From Ramazzottius varieornatus (Eukaryota; Animalia; Tardigrada): a DNA stretch of 64,000 nt. The stretch lies in contig BDGG01000001.1 of NCBI GenBank assembly GCA_001949185.1, forward strand, positions 1-64,000, in the 5' to 3' direction. Numbering within the stretch: position 1 is the first letter of the stretch; each line of letters opens with the position of its first letter. The translations under genes were made by a program, and so were the position numbers. A model generated the notes under the pieces. It saw only the letters and a program-made list of their open reading frames with translations. It ran no database searches and had not been told where the DNA came from. Positions 35,401 through 47,614 of the stretch are shown here, piece by piece.

Positions 35401-37494
35401 ATGGACTTTTCAGCTTTGTTCGAAGGCTGGGACGTCTCGCAGTTTCTTGGCGTGGAAGCGCTGTCACTTCCTACCGCGCCCCAACAGCCTCCCTCCCTCC
35501 TTCCTACTTCAACATCCAGCTCAGTCAGGCAGGGCAGGGGATGCTTAGAAGCTCGGCTGTCTTCAGCTGCTCCTCCATCCATCTCTAGTCTAGCCGCTCT
35601 GACTTTGTCCACCAGCAACAACGCCCATAGCTTCTTCCAACAGCCACGTCAGCCTGCGCCACAACTTCAGCAATATCCAACCCGGCCTTACGTGCCGTTA
35701 CCCGAAGGATGGCTGGAGATTATGCACCAATGTGGAATGCCGCTGTATTATCGCTCAGCTTCCAGGGTCAGCACTTGGTCTCGACCGTACGTCAGCGACA
35801 AGCAAGAACGGGTCCGCACTCATAAAGTCCCCATCAGTGCCTTTCCTTGTTGGGATTATCGACGAGCCTTGGACGAGAAAAGGGAAAGCCAACCGGAACC
35901 ACTATCCAATGCCAACATGGTAAGAATAAATGAAGAAATGACATTTTTCCAATCAAAGCAGACACCCGTAATAACGTCACAGGATGCATTTCATGAATGT
36001 CAGTTATTTTTACCAGTCGTGCCTTTTTTCTATTGATACGAAAACTTCAGGTTTATTGTGCCGAGCACGGCCTTGACAGCAAATTTGCGTTCAAAAAGGA
36101 CAGAATAAACTCTCCTCACAAAATGATTCCCTCCCCCTGACGCCTTCTTTCGCTTGCTATAATCGATGGCAAATTTGTGCGTATTTTTCAGAGTATGAAC
36201 GAACCGAAGGGCTTCGCTGAAATCCTGTCAGGGTTGGAATTTCGAGAAAAGTCGATGATGTCGGCCGAGCAGATCCACAAGTACTGCGGCAAGCGTTTCC
36301 AGTTCAGGACTGTCGCTTCGTCTGCCGTAAAGTCCTCTCAAGCCAAGCGCGTTCGCCGCGAAATTCTGGCCCAGAAGCTTGAGGGAAAAGAGAGGGAGAC
36401 TGTCCTTGGGGAAGGCTTGATGGTGGCCTTCCGTCGTGGGTAGAAGCGTTACGTTCTCAACGCCGCCAACCGCAATCCGGTGGCACTTCTTCATGACTGT
36501 CATTCAAAGCAAGAAGGACCAACGCATCTCCTACCAATGTGGACCCTCCATGGACAGTAACATTATCTTCCATACAGAAGCGCTCATTGATGGCAAAGTG
36601 GAAGGCACTGCCGACGCGATGAGCAAGAAGGCGACCAAACAGGCGGCGGCGCTCAACGCCTTGCGCAAACTAGTCCCTGAACTCCATTCGGTTTTGGGTA
36701 CGTAAACACATTCGGGAAAAAATTTTACAATGATCGTTCGGATGCTCGTTTTGTGCAGGGGAGACGTTTGGTGGTACGAAACAAAGCGGAAACGTCCACG
36801 AAGTGGCGCTCTTCCGGGATGTCCCCATCAGTGACCCGTGCATCGGTGACATGGCCGTCAAAGCTGGCGTCCTTCCAGATTCTGCTTCGTGTTGTGGATA
36901 ATTGCGATCACGACAATGTCAGCATCGGAGAAAAGACAAAAGTACAGTAAAATGGAACAGTGGCAGACAAATTGGACAAGATCGTTCCGCCAAAGGGCGC
37001 ACGCTTCCAGCTATCAAACCCGCAGACGTGCGCCGCTTGGGAAAACGATCTTGCTGTAGTTGCTTGGTATGAATCTGTCGAGTGTCTCTGCTTCAGCAAC
37101 GTTGCAGATATAATTCACGCCTTTGTCCTTCCAGGTTTGTCTTCCAACTCGGCAGATAGGACCCAAGCGGAACGAGTACAGCTGTACAGCGGGCCGCTAC
37201 TCGGCTGCTGTCGTTCACACCAGAATGGTCCGAGCCAAGCAGCTGTGTGCCCAGCGGATCTTGCAGGAACTTCACCCCCAACTGCGAACCTACGGAAAAT
37301 TCCTGGAGTTGTATGGAAGTGTCTTTCAGGAGAAGCGAAAGAGACTGCTGAAGGAAGCCAAGAGCTTGTACCAGCTGGCGCCGGGAGCGGTAGAGGACAA
37401 GATCGACTGGCCCAGACTTGTTCGGTTGCAGGAGGAGATGCGCAAGTTGATCGCGCAAACCCCCGGTGTGTTGTCTAGTATTCGTTATGTCTGA
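35401..37494 (+). pseudogene. DGCR8: DGCR8/Pasha (Microprocessor subunit) pseudogene
   Basis: WW/heme region PLPEGWLEIMHQCGMPLY...STWSRPY...PC, dsRBD1 SKKATKQAAA and dsRBD2 AKQLCAQRILQELHP...LELYG. In-frame TAG at 36441 and frameshifts near 36500 and 36870. Confidence 0.85.
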
Positions 37495-39872
37495 ACATCC
37501 TTCTTTGTCTAGCATCTGCACCGACCTGCTTTTCTTAGCCAAATGTATATTGTGGTCAACCGACGAGTTCCTAGCTTCGACTAATGTCCTCTTCTTGCTT
37601 TCTATGTATCTGATAACTCTTTGAAAAATCAAAGTGTACAGAAGAAGCGGTGATATCCTGAGCACGACTGGCAGTTCGTCCAGGTATACTCGGAGCGAAA
37701 ATTCATCTGCTGCACTTGTGATGTAATCATGTCAGGTAACATCACTAACTTACCACACCTGGTGGCCTTACAGTCAAACAAGAGCTCCACCTAGTGCCAA
37801 TCCTTCTGCCACCCGATATTAGGCGCGAACCAGATAGGCTAAAACCGATACAAGGACAAGTCTCGCAGCTGAGGAAGAAATGCGTGGACAACGGCAAGCG
37901 CTCCATCACCCGCAACGTGAAAGGCACAGCCCGAGAATGTAGTCGTCCTGTGCAGTCATGTACGTTTGTGCACCGAGTCTGGCACCGCCTCCCACAACTG
38001 GATGTGTGTGCAGATCTGCACTAGCGCCCGGCGCTAGGGTGCCGCGTCTAATATCGTGTATCGAATGGATAAATTTATTTTGATCGTTTTTTCCTAATAT
38101 TAATTCCGTCTTGTTGTTTCTGCACCTGCATGTATAACTTTCATCCGAGTATGTTATATTTTATATCATATTCTTCCAGACCGTTATTGAGAGATATCTC
38201 TCTACCCGGCTCCACCAGGCTAGCTAGGCCCAGCCCGACAAGCCAGGCTCAGCCTGACCCAGCCTGGGGATCCAATACTCCGCGGTTTCAAGGCGAGCTC
38301 ATTCTTCAGAAAGGGTTTGACAACCCCAAATTCAAAATCGTCTACTGATATAGTTCAATGCGTTCTCTACATGTTGGCCAGCGAAATTGCCTTGATGAAT
38401 TTTGTAGTTTTCGAGATATAAAATCATGAAGTTGATTGAGTCAACCCGGAAGTCGCCTCTCTATGATCTTTCGGAGAGAGTAGCCGGGGATGCAAGACAT
38501 GTGGATGCTGACTTGTCAGTCGGCGCGCTCTCTCGCTCGACTAGATGTAGTTTAGTCTGGCCATACCACAAAGAGATCTAGATGAGCCGAATTGTCCCCA
38601 AGAGAGGAACAAAGATCAAAATTACATGCCAACTCGTTAGTCACCCAATGCTGCACTGCAAAACAGTGAAAAAATTATTGTTGCAGCTGCATTACCAAAA
38701 ACTAAAAGTACAGTACAGACTCTGTTAGAATTTTACCCGGAATTTTCGTATGCTTCCTTTAAATTTTTCTATTGTTTGCTCCCGTATAGATGCGATATTC
38801 GGATAGCTCAGCAGATTTTGTGGAAGCAGATTTGACAACTTGGAGCTCGTGTTTTTTCTGACCCGACTTCGCTTCGAGAACCGCTGGATAGGGTGTTTGA
38901 ACAAGATTGTAACGACAAGAGACGGCAAAGACCATTAAAGTCAAAATGACGAAACAAGACAATTAGCGTCCATAAAAATTTCAAGGTAATGCAGATTGTC
39001 TTTGTGATTACACGAGAGTAACTAATTGATCGACACAAGGAGCACGCACAGGAGGAAATGCGGCTCAGGTACTCAAACGGAGTAACCGAGGCTGACACAA
39101 TGATCAAGGGTGAAGCGATGCAGCGTAAAGATCTTCCGCAGACAAAGGGTGGATGTGGACTGGTCAAGCCAATTTTCTTCGCTCACTGGACGGTCGCTGT
39201 GTGACCCACCTCTACGGCTGGCTCACGTCACGTCACACGCCAAGCGGCCTGTTCCCGGAGCGTCACAAAGCGACCTATCACCCGAACTTACACCGTGTTT
39301 CCCGTTTGCGCTTCGCCAACGGGTATCCGCTCTCGCCATAACGGGTTCCGAAGAAGTTCTGTCAAGCCTTCTCTCTGTCGGTCTTGTGAACTAGACAAAC
39401 GTTTCGCCCCACGGTGAAAATTAGACCCGACCACAGTCGAGATTTGGTTAAAAACAGTCAAATGAAGAGGAGATTCATCTAAAATTTTTTTCCGAATCAA
39501 AACAGTTGTGTTCACAAAGCGTTAGTTCTGGCAACCGATACTGACTACGGTTACCGACAAACAGCCTTTATAAGTCATATTGACCTGTTTCGTTTCAAAA
39601 CTGCTCGATCAATGCTGCAGGTCGCCACTTGAAAAAACTATCACATTTTCGGCAAGATTGTTATCTATAGCCTTAAAAATCACTGGCTCTTGACCAAACG
39701 CACGAGTCGAGATGGAACGCTGCGAAACCATAACTGTATGTGTAAGTCCACAGCTACGCTGTCCCGCGTTTTTCCGCTTTGCATGCCAGTAAATTCTAGT
39801 GTGACCATTTTTCTCACGCACAAAAACCTTCACACGGAAGCGTACCCTACCGCTGTATCTGCCTGTCACTAA

Positions 39873-42196
39873 CGAGGGGATTTTTCCAATCCGCCGTCTC
39901 TGATCCTCAAACCGACATCGCAGGTGGATAGAGAAGAGTTTTCTCTATAGTCTGAACCGGAAACCTGGTCATATTTCCGTTCCTAGAATAAACTGCAGGA
40001 ACCGGAAGTTACGTCAAAATTTTAACACAGGTGGCGCTACAAGTTAACCTGTTATTTCCGTCCTCGTAAAGATATCTAGTGGAAAATTCAAAAAAACATT
40101 AAGGCAGGTAGATGGTACAGAAATGATGAACATCATAGAAATGGTGAAAACAGAAGCGACCTTTTGCACCACCCACAGACCAGAAGGACAGTATTCTTAC
40201 AGTTATTATGAATGCAGCGGCCATTCAGCTTCTTGAACATGAAGCTTGCGAAATTTGAGATCTTTTTGAAACATCCCTTGTACATCCGGAAGCAAAGAAC
40301 ATCCAACGGCTGGATACTACCAGTCACTTTGGGAGGTATGGTGATCATCTCGTACTGCAGCTCTTCGGGCTTGAGTTCGATAACAGCGTCCCGATCGGTG
40401 AACGTCTTTCAGGAGTCAGCCAGAAGGATACAGCGGTCTTCCATATGCGGAAACAACACTTTTTCGGACCATTCCAGGTAGAGCTTCCCGATGTCGACGC
40501 AGTCATGTACAGGTTATCAGCTTTGAACATCGTTTTCGACACGATTGAGCCAAAGACTCCTTTTTCTTCTTTCAGGGTGATGAACAAAATAGGATGAAAC
40601 TTTCGTGTGCCGGGAGAGATTGTCATCATGACAGTATGGGAATGAGTCATGGAATTTTCGGACTGGGTTATATCCTCGACGTGTTTCACGCCTTTCTGCT
40701 CCAAAGTTCTCCCGGGCCTCATCTCATATTCAAATCCCGACTGATCCGTGTTCCAAAGACAGTCCAATCCGTGCTCCGCTATTCTGGATCTGACCAGCGC
40801 AACACACTCTTCTGCACTTTGCTTGACTTGGGGAGCTGCTTCGAGGGACTTCTTTGTGACGAACTTCGTTATCTTTCGATCAACTATTCCGTAGTACCTG
40901 CCAAAATAGCATAAATGTCATCGGAACACTGCCAGCAAATTGGAATAGGTCGTTTTTTTCAAGTGGCGCCGCTGTCACTTATTGAGTACGGTAACGTGCG
41001 CTACTTGAACTGAGAATTCAGGTGAAATCGTTTGCCGACGTTCAAATACAGAAGATTTGCCTTCATTAAATCGATAAGTAAATTCTTGCACGATATCAAT
41101 TACCGTTTGAATTTTGACACCCAGTACGGCGAAGCGGTGAAACCAGGTAGATCCACATCATTATTCGCGGTTATCGCCCATCGTTGAAGATCCAAATCCT
41201 TGACTACTTGTCTCTTCTGCTTGGCTATGAAGTACTGCTTTGCTGTCTCCAAGCGAATGACTTTCAATTTGTCGAATCGGGATCCGCCTTCAGCTAGCTG
41301 TTTCTTCCAGTCTCTTAGCTGTCGTTCGTCCCGAACTTTTGTGAAATAGTTTCGGACTGAAGACAAGCTCCGCCGTTTCTTTGCTGTAGCGTTACACCAG
41401 TAATCAACGGCACGTTTCTTGTAGTCGAGATTGACAGCTTGGCTTGACGGAACTCTTGGATCTGGGAGTCGCGGAACAAATATTTCGTGGGACGAAGGTT
41501 CAGTGTCACTTGTAACGGGCTCGTTCAAGCGATCATCTTCGAAGTAACGTTCGGCGCTACCGTTCAACAGGTTAGCATCACCCGCCGTCTTTTCAAAGTC
41601 GTCGAACGTTAGCCCGTCGAGCTGTAGGCCCCCCTGCAAGTCCTCTTCAACCTCCAGCACAGGACTGTCGCTTCGAGCAATTTTGATGTCAATAAGATCT
41701 AGAATATTCCAACAATCCGGTGAAACAAAACCTCTTACTTCTGCACTGAACCTTCGGAAAAATACCTACTTTTGATAAGGTCTTTCAGCTGCTTGTCCGC
41801 TTCACTTGGCGCATCGTCCGGTTGATACCGGAGTTTGTATTCCTCTTCCAGGAGCTTTAGCACGTTCAAGGGATTGATGGAGTACATCGCAGTGTTGTGG
41901 GAAGATTATGGAGGAGAGAATCAACAAAAGATGCGTCATGCGACAGCGACAAGCTCATATGATGGAAGGAACATTCAATTTTGGCCAATCAACTATGAGT
42001 CAATCAAACTTATTGATTGTGCCTCGGTCAATGTACAGTACCGCCCTAATTTTGACGTAACTTCCGGTTCCTGCAGTTTATTCTAGGAACGGAAATATGA
42101 CCAGGTTTCCGGATCAGACTATAGAGAAAACTCTTCTCTATCCACCTGTGATGTCGGTTTGAGGATCAGAGGCGGCGGATTGGAAAAATCCCCTCG
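39873..42196 (-). mobile_element. Tc4/Tc5-type (pogo-related) DNA transposon nested in the hAT element
   Basis: 149-bp TIRs (39873-40021 and 42048-42196) with about 3 mismatches. Flanks C-TAA / TCA-G fit a CTNAG target. Confidence 0.9.
40099..41887 (-). pseudogene. Tc5-like transposase (CENP-B/Tc5 HTH + DDE), frameshifted
   Basis: FTASPYWVSKFKR, RKITKF, NTDQSGF, THSHT, STSG, IPPKVTGSIQPLD and C-terminal CxxC/CGWC. Two introns. Frame breaks near 40480 and 40160. Confidence 0.85.
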
Positions 42197-42779
42197 TCAG
42201 ATGAGCCGGCATGCTCGATAACTTCCTCTGAAGTGGGAGAACGCCCAGGTAATCGGAACGAAGGGCAGCGAAAAAGCTGGCCGGGTGGGGCCAGCTTTTC
42301 AGCTTTTGAGTGGGCCGGGCCCCAGCGGCTCACTGCTCAACGCGTCCCTGCCGGTGATGTTCCGCTCCAGATCTACGCCCATGGCCAGTCAAAAATGCTG
42401 AATCACAGCAGCACAGTGGCTTGCTTTTACACGACCTTGCTTCACATTCCAGTCACGCTTAATCGAGTCTGACTCGCGCTGGACTTTTGCGTTCCGAGTA
42501 ATCATGACTAGAAATTCAATCAATTTATCAAGGGCACCCTGCATTATCCTAAGGCACCTTCGTTCTCTAGGGTGGAAAGGTGGAAAATCGTATATCAGAG
42601 AGGCTCTAAGGTGGAAAAAAGGCACCAAAGTTCACCGCTAGTGCAGGTGTGGCAAAAGGATTGGCACTAGCTCCACCCACCGACTGCCATTGGTTCGAGC
42701 AGTGGTCATTGTGTCTGCACTGCGAATCACCTTGTTTCCGCCGGTCCTTTTTCCATCGGTACAAGTACTTCTGCATAAC

Positions 42780-43729
42780 CAGAGTCTGTTGAGTACTGGT
42801 CTGAGAGGTTGATTGCTCGAACGGTCAAAGTAGCTTTAGCTTTATGGGAAGCTTCACACAAGCTTTGCCGCAACCGGGAAAAACCAGGTTTTGATTGGTC
42901 CAGGTGCAAGCACGTCTCCACCCAGCTGTTGTAGGGTGGTGCGTGACAAGTGTAGTACCTCAGTACCTCATGAACGCTACAGCTGATTCGAAAAACTGGT
43001 TGATTGAGTTCTGATGCGTGTGCGTTGGTTTCTCGATGTGCGACCACGCCTTATAGAGTACGCCACACCATAATGATGCCTCTACAGCAGCGCAGTAGGG
43101 CTACTGCAAATAAGTACCCCTGAACATCGTGCATCTGCATACAGTCCGACACTTCAACCGGCCATGTTACAGTGTGCAGGTGCAGGGTGCAAGCTGTACT
43201 ACAGTATTTTTGCTGATCTGATGGTTGTGATTCTGAATCTTCAGATCTTCCGTCGAGCTCTCCGATATTAAAATATATTTTAATAAAAAACCCCCGAAAG
43301 TTCTACTATAGTAACATTTTATTAAATCAGGTAGACGTGTTACTATAGTAGTGGTCACTTATTAGAACTTTGATGGACGGCGGATATTTACTTTTATTAT
43401 ATTAGATCTCATTACCCCATATTAGACACCGTGGACTAGATCGCACTAGATGACACCGTGGGATGTGTGATGGACGTTTGTCTACGTGACAACTTTTCTT
43501 TCGGGTTAGCCGACGGTACCCAGTGTTAGCGTGCCTGCCTACCCTTGCCGTCTTCCGCTCGGTGTTTGTGTCTGTGTTTTTGTTTTGCAATTTATTTGTT
43601 AGTGAAGTGTGCCGTCATCAGTTCTGGTGGGCGTGTCGACGCGTTCCAACCTTCTCCAATCAGCTTTCGAATTGTTTTTCCACTGTTCCGATATTATACA
43701 GCTGTAAGAGCAGTACTCAACAGACCCTG
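42780..43729. mobile_element. Probable second non-autonomous hAT-like element
   Basis: TIRs CAGAGTCTGTTGAGTACTG / CAGTACTCAACAGACCCTG with imperfect flanking repeat GCATAAC / GCACAAC. Confidence 0.55.
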
Positions 43730-44060
43730 GCACAACATACATTAGGGCCAATTAGGCTGAAGCAAGCTCCGGTTAAAGAGTGGTCTACACTGGAAATCGA
43801 ATAAGAGATGAAACGCTCAGTCAAATTTGCCATCGTCTACACCGTGACGACCATTTCGAAAATCTAAAGAAACACGAGCTTTGCCTTGTAGCGGCAACAT
43901 CCAGAAAATTCTACTGGGGAAAGTCCGTGAAATTAAAATTCTGCGTTCACAGCCGGTAGAAAGAAATTGGAAGCGAGGTCACAGAAGAAAGCACGTGGTC
44001 TGAGTTGCCAGGAGAAAAAAAGGGCAAAAGAAGTCGAGGAGAAGTCAGAAAATTGATGGG

Positions 44061-45800
44061 TCAGCTGGCATGCTCATGGTCATGTGCCGCCATCATCCGC
44101 ACCTTGAGTTTGGTCAGCATGGGATCGTCGCCGCCCATGGAGCTTTCCATATAGTGATGATCATGCTGGCTCTTCTGTCTTGCGCTGCCAGCCAGCACTC
44201 GGGCATACTGCCTCACCCTGCCCGCCAGCTTGTCGAGGACGTCCAGCTTGAGGTACTCGGCTGGCTCCAGCAGCCTCCGGGCGGCCTGCATGGAGGGCAG
44301 GTCGCCGTCAAGGGCCGCTTCCTCCACCGGGTGTGACTGATGGAGAAGGCTCATGGCAGAGTCCTTCTCTGCCAAGGTCGAGTCCGACGAAGAGGAGGAA
44401 CCGCTGGATGGGTCACGCTTAGCGGCCAGCATGTTCAGCTTGTTGAGCCACAGGCGGTAAGTGTACCGCCAGCAAAAGTTGACATACTTCAGCTTCACGT
44501 CCTCCGGCCAAAGTCCTGTCGTCAATAGAGGTTATGCGCGGCCATTCTTTAGAAATGTGCTCAGACTCAAAAGAAATGTGGCAGCTCGGCCAAATATCTC
44601 CACCAGATCGATCCTTCAAGTAGCGCGGCCTTCCGGCAGATAACACTGAAAACATGCGCTACTGGGGCAAACGATCTTGTGGAGGCTGTTTTCCCCAAGC
44701 AGCGCACGTTATCAGTATTTTCCGGCTGGAAGGGTGCGCCACTTGCGAAAAGCAACTTGACAAGATCGTTTCCCAAGTCGCGCACGTGTACAGTCTTATT
44801 GGTTGAAAGTGTGCGCCACTCCGCAAAGAAGACTTTGCCCGGTTTGTCTATTTTTCCAAGTGGCGCACATTTCAGGTGTTATCGAGTAGAGTCGTGCGCT
44901 ACTGGAGAAAACGATCCTACCGGGTTTGTTGGCCGAGCTCCCATATACTGCATGAAAGGACACTCAACCCTTACCTCGATTTTTGGTTTTCCATATCCGA
45001 TATGTTTCAGCAGGAACGGCGTTCGCTTCGGGCGATCCTTCTGTAAGTTCAGAAAGCATCGTGCGAGAACAATGTTTACGGACTTTATCCGTAGACGCGC
45101 TTTGCTAGTACAATAGCTTATTAATCTTGTCGAACAACGTCTTACCTGGTGGGGCGTCTCCATGTTGCATCTGCATGTGAAAAGCCAAAAGTACCGCACA
45201 CGCGTGAGGGTTGTGCTTTAGCGATGACATGTACGAACACCATTTTTCATACGTCTGTAAATGACACGAACGGAAGATGCGTTACGACAACCATCATAGT
45301 GTTCGTAGAAAAAGCTCGAAAACTCCACACGAAATCCCCAATCAAAAAAAGCTAATGATAGGATAAATGACCTTACTTTTTGTCGCGGAAGTAATTTAGT
45401 GCGGATAATATCGGTGGAATAAACAGTGCATATCATGAAAATGAACTGTATGGCTCTGCGCATGAATAAGGTGTGAATATATCCGCTGGAGTATGCTAGT
45501 AGAGTGCCCATGGCGAAGAGGAAAGGCAGAGCGGCAGCACCGACCACTTGGCGATGATAGGCCACCATCTCGTTGGATGAGGACAAGACAAAACGGACCA
45601 GGTTGAGGAACTGTGACAAGCGTTGCCGCAGTGGTGCCAGCGACAAGGAGGGCAATGAGGGCAAAGCCGGCAGGGATATGAAGCGGAAACGCTGGCGGCC
45701 CTTAGATATGCCTGCTGCTGCCTCCGGCTCGTCCGCGCCCATCTCCTCAAGAATGTCTCCTCAAGTCTTCAATCGATAACGGATCGTTCCCTCGTCATCC
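44061..45800 (-). CDS. Uncharacterised multi-exon putative membrane protein
   Basis: Hydrophobic exon 45380-45800 and GC-rich last exon 44061-44516. Internal structure unresolved. Confidence 0.45.
44590..44930. repeat. Array of 4 family-A hairpin units in an intron
   Basis: Repeated CAAGTGGCGC..GTGCGCCACTTG arms with linkers in alternating orientation. Confidence 0.85.
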
Positions 45801-45939
45801 TGCCAACAAGAAAGGACGGAAAGAGTACTGTCAAGATGTCAAAGTTCAACAGCGCTCTACTGTCTACAGCTTGAAGGATATTACGATGATGCGGAATTGG
45901 CCAGCCCAGTATTCAATCACTTCTGAAAGGCTGATGTGA

Positions 45940-45952
45940 GTAACCTAGCAGC
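45940..45952. promoter_or_regulatory. RFX X-box-like motif GTAACCTAGCAGC
   Basis: In the divergent region upstream of the adenylate kinase-like gene. Confidence 0.35.
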
Positions 45953-46138
45953 GAACCCCGAAGAGAAGGAAGAAGCAAAGGCTAAAGAAAGCAACTGATA
46001 AGGCTCTTCTAAATTCAAAGCACATTTGGTTGCGGCATTGACAGCTCTTCAATCTAGACAAGTGTGCTGCGCGAATCTGCGGTTAATTTGCTCTGGCTCT
46101 GCTTGCGCCGAGCGACGACCTGCTGAAATTCTTGATGG

Positions 46139-47284
46139 ATGTATCCTTTGCAGGAGGCCTACAATCGATACAAGAAGAGCATTAAGATCAAAGAAGTCAA
46201 GCACTTTGGCCTGCCCATCATTTTTGTCGTAGGTTCGCTTAGATGGTCCATACCGTCACTTCTCAACTTCTTGACCAATCAATCCCCTTTCTCGCTGCAG
46301 GCAAACCAGGATGCGGAAAGGCTAGCATGTGTCACGGTCTTGAGCGCTTACACGACTTTAGCTACCTGTCGATAGGTACTCTTCTGACTTGCTCACTCTT
46401 CCACCCATCGCAGTCGCCTTGTTCCGTCACATTAGTCATGATTTCCTCCAGGACAAATGCTAAGAGATGAAGCCAGTACTAACACCAAAAGAGGGAAGAA
46501 GATTGCTGAGTTCGTTTACCACCAGCCCTTTTCCAAGCCGGTTCCCCAGGTGCGCCCTCTACAGCTCAAAAAGGCCGTATGACGTCATCATACGAAACGC
46601 AAACACGTGCGTGCGATGACGTCATCCATGCGTTTTAAGTGATTCAGATGGTACGATACATTGATTTGCTCGCTCGTTGATTGATCCACAACAAATCGTT
46701 TTCAGGAGTTGGTTTTGGAGTTACTTCGTGAAGTTCTGGGAAGATTTCTCTACATCCACAAGCCCATTATCATCCAAGGATTCCCACGGACCTATGCACA
46801 GGCAGCTCAACTGGAAAAAGAGGTAAGAACACATTGCCTGACCCATTGAACTTGCTCACCGGTAAGCTATTATAGGGTGTTGCGATCAAGCACATGGTGT
46901 ATCTGACCATCTCCAACGAGAAGGCCGAAGAGCGCTACCTGGACAAGATCAAGTACGTCGAACACTTGCCGGACCAGACTGAGCACATAAGGCGTGCTTC
47001 AGAAGCCTTCGACAAGATGACGGTACCCGTTATCGATGGCCTGAAGAAGGAGAACCGAGTCGTCGAGGTAAGGCCAACTCCCTCCTGTCGTCTTCCAATG
47101 TTAAGGACGGGAGATTTTTCGGTCGTAGGTGGACGCTGAACAGGGCTCGGAGAAGGTGCTTCAAGAGGCTGTCAAGATTTACGAGAAATGGCTGCTCCGA
47201 TCGAAACAAGGCATAGACTTTCTAGAGAACTACAAAAATCTAGCTGGTGTTCAATCCTATGAGAACACCCGCCGGTCCATCTAA
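46139..47284 (+). CDS. Divergent adenylate kinase (AK1/UMP-CMP kinase-like)
   Basis: IIFVVGKPGCGK P-loop, YLSIGQMLRDE, IIQGFPR and VDAE. Six in-phase exons. The 5' end is uncertain. Confidence 0.8.
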
Positions 47285-47614
47285 TCTACATGGGTAACTT
47301 TTTACGAAAGTATTTCCTCACATAGTCTGGCTAAGTTTGTATGTTATCACGGGTTTCTGGTCACTAGTTATTTTCAGCTCATTTTAGAGCTGGGCAAGAT
47401 CGTTTCGGAAGTGGTTCAGTTCACAGTGGTATTGACCGATAGCGAGCGCCACTCGGGATTAACCATCTTGTCGAGCTTCGTTGTTTTCCCCCAAGTGGCG
47501 CACGCCTTCAGTGGTACTGGCTGGTAGTGCGCGCCACTTAGAACGATCTGGCCCAGTCTGTTTGGGTGGGTTCATTCCGAACTTTCTGGATATAAAAGTT
47601 GACTGTACTATATT

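Larger units (their letters stand above)
37792..42669. mobile_element. Non-autonomous hAT-type element
   Basis: TIRs TAGTGCCAATCCTTCTGCCAC / GTGGCAAAAGGATTGGCACTA. Perfect 8-bp TSD GCTCCACC at 37784-37791 and 42670-42677. Confidence 0.85.

Noticed and set aside
36327-36443. In-frame GT-AG intron removing the DGCR8 stop
   Set aside because: The segment resembles DGCR8 coding sequence, the acceptor is weak, and two frameshifts would remain.
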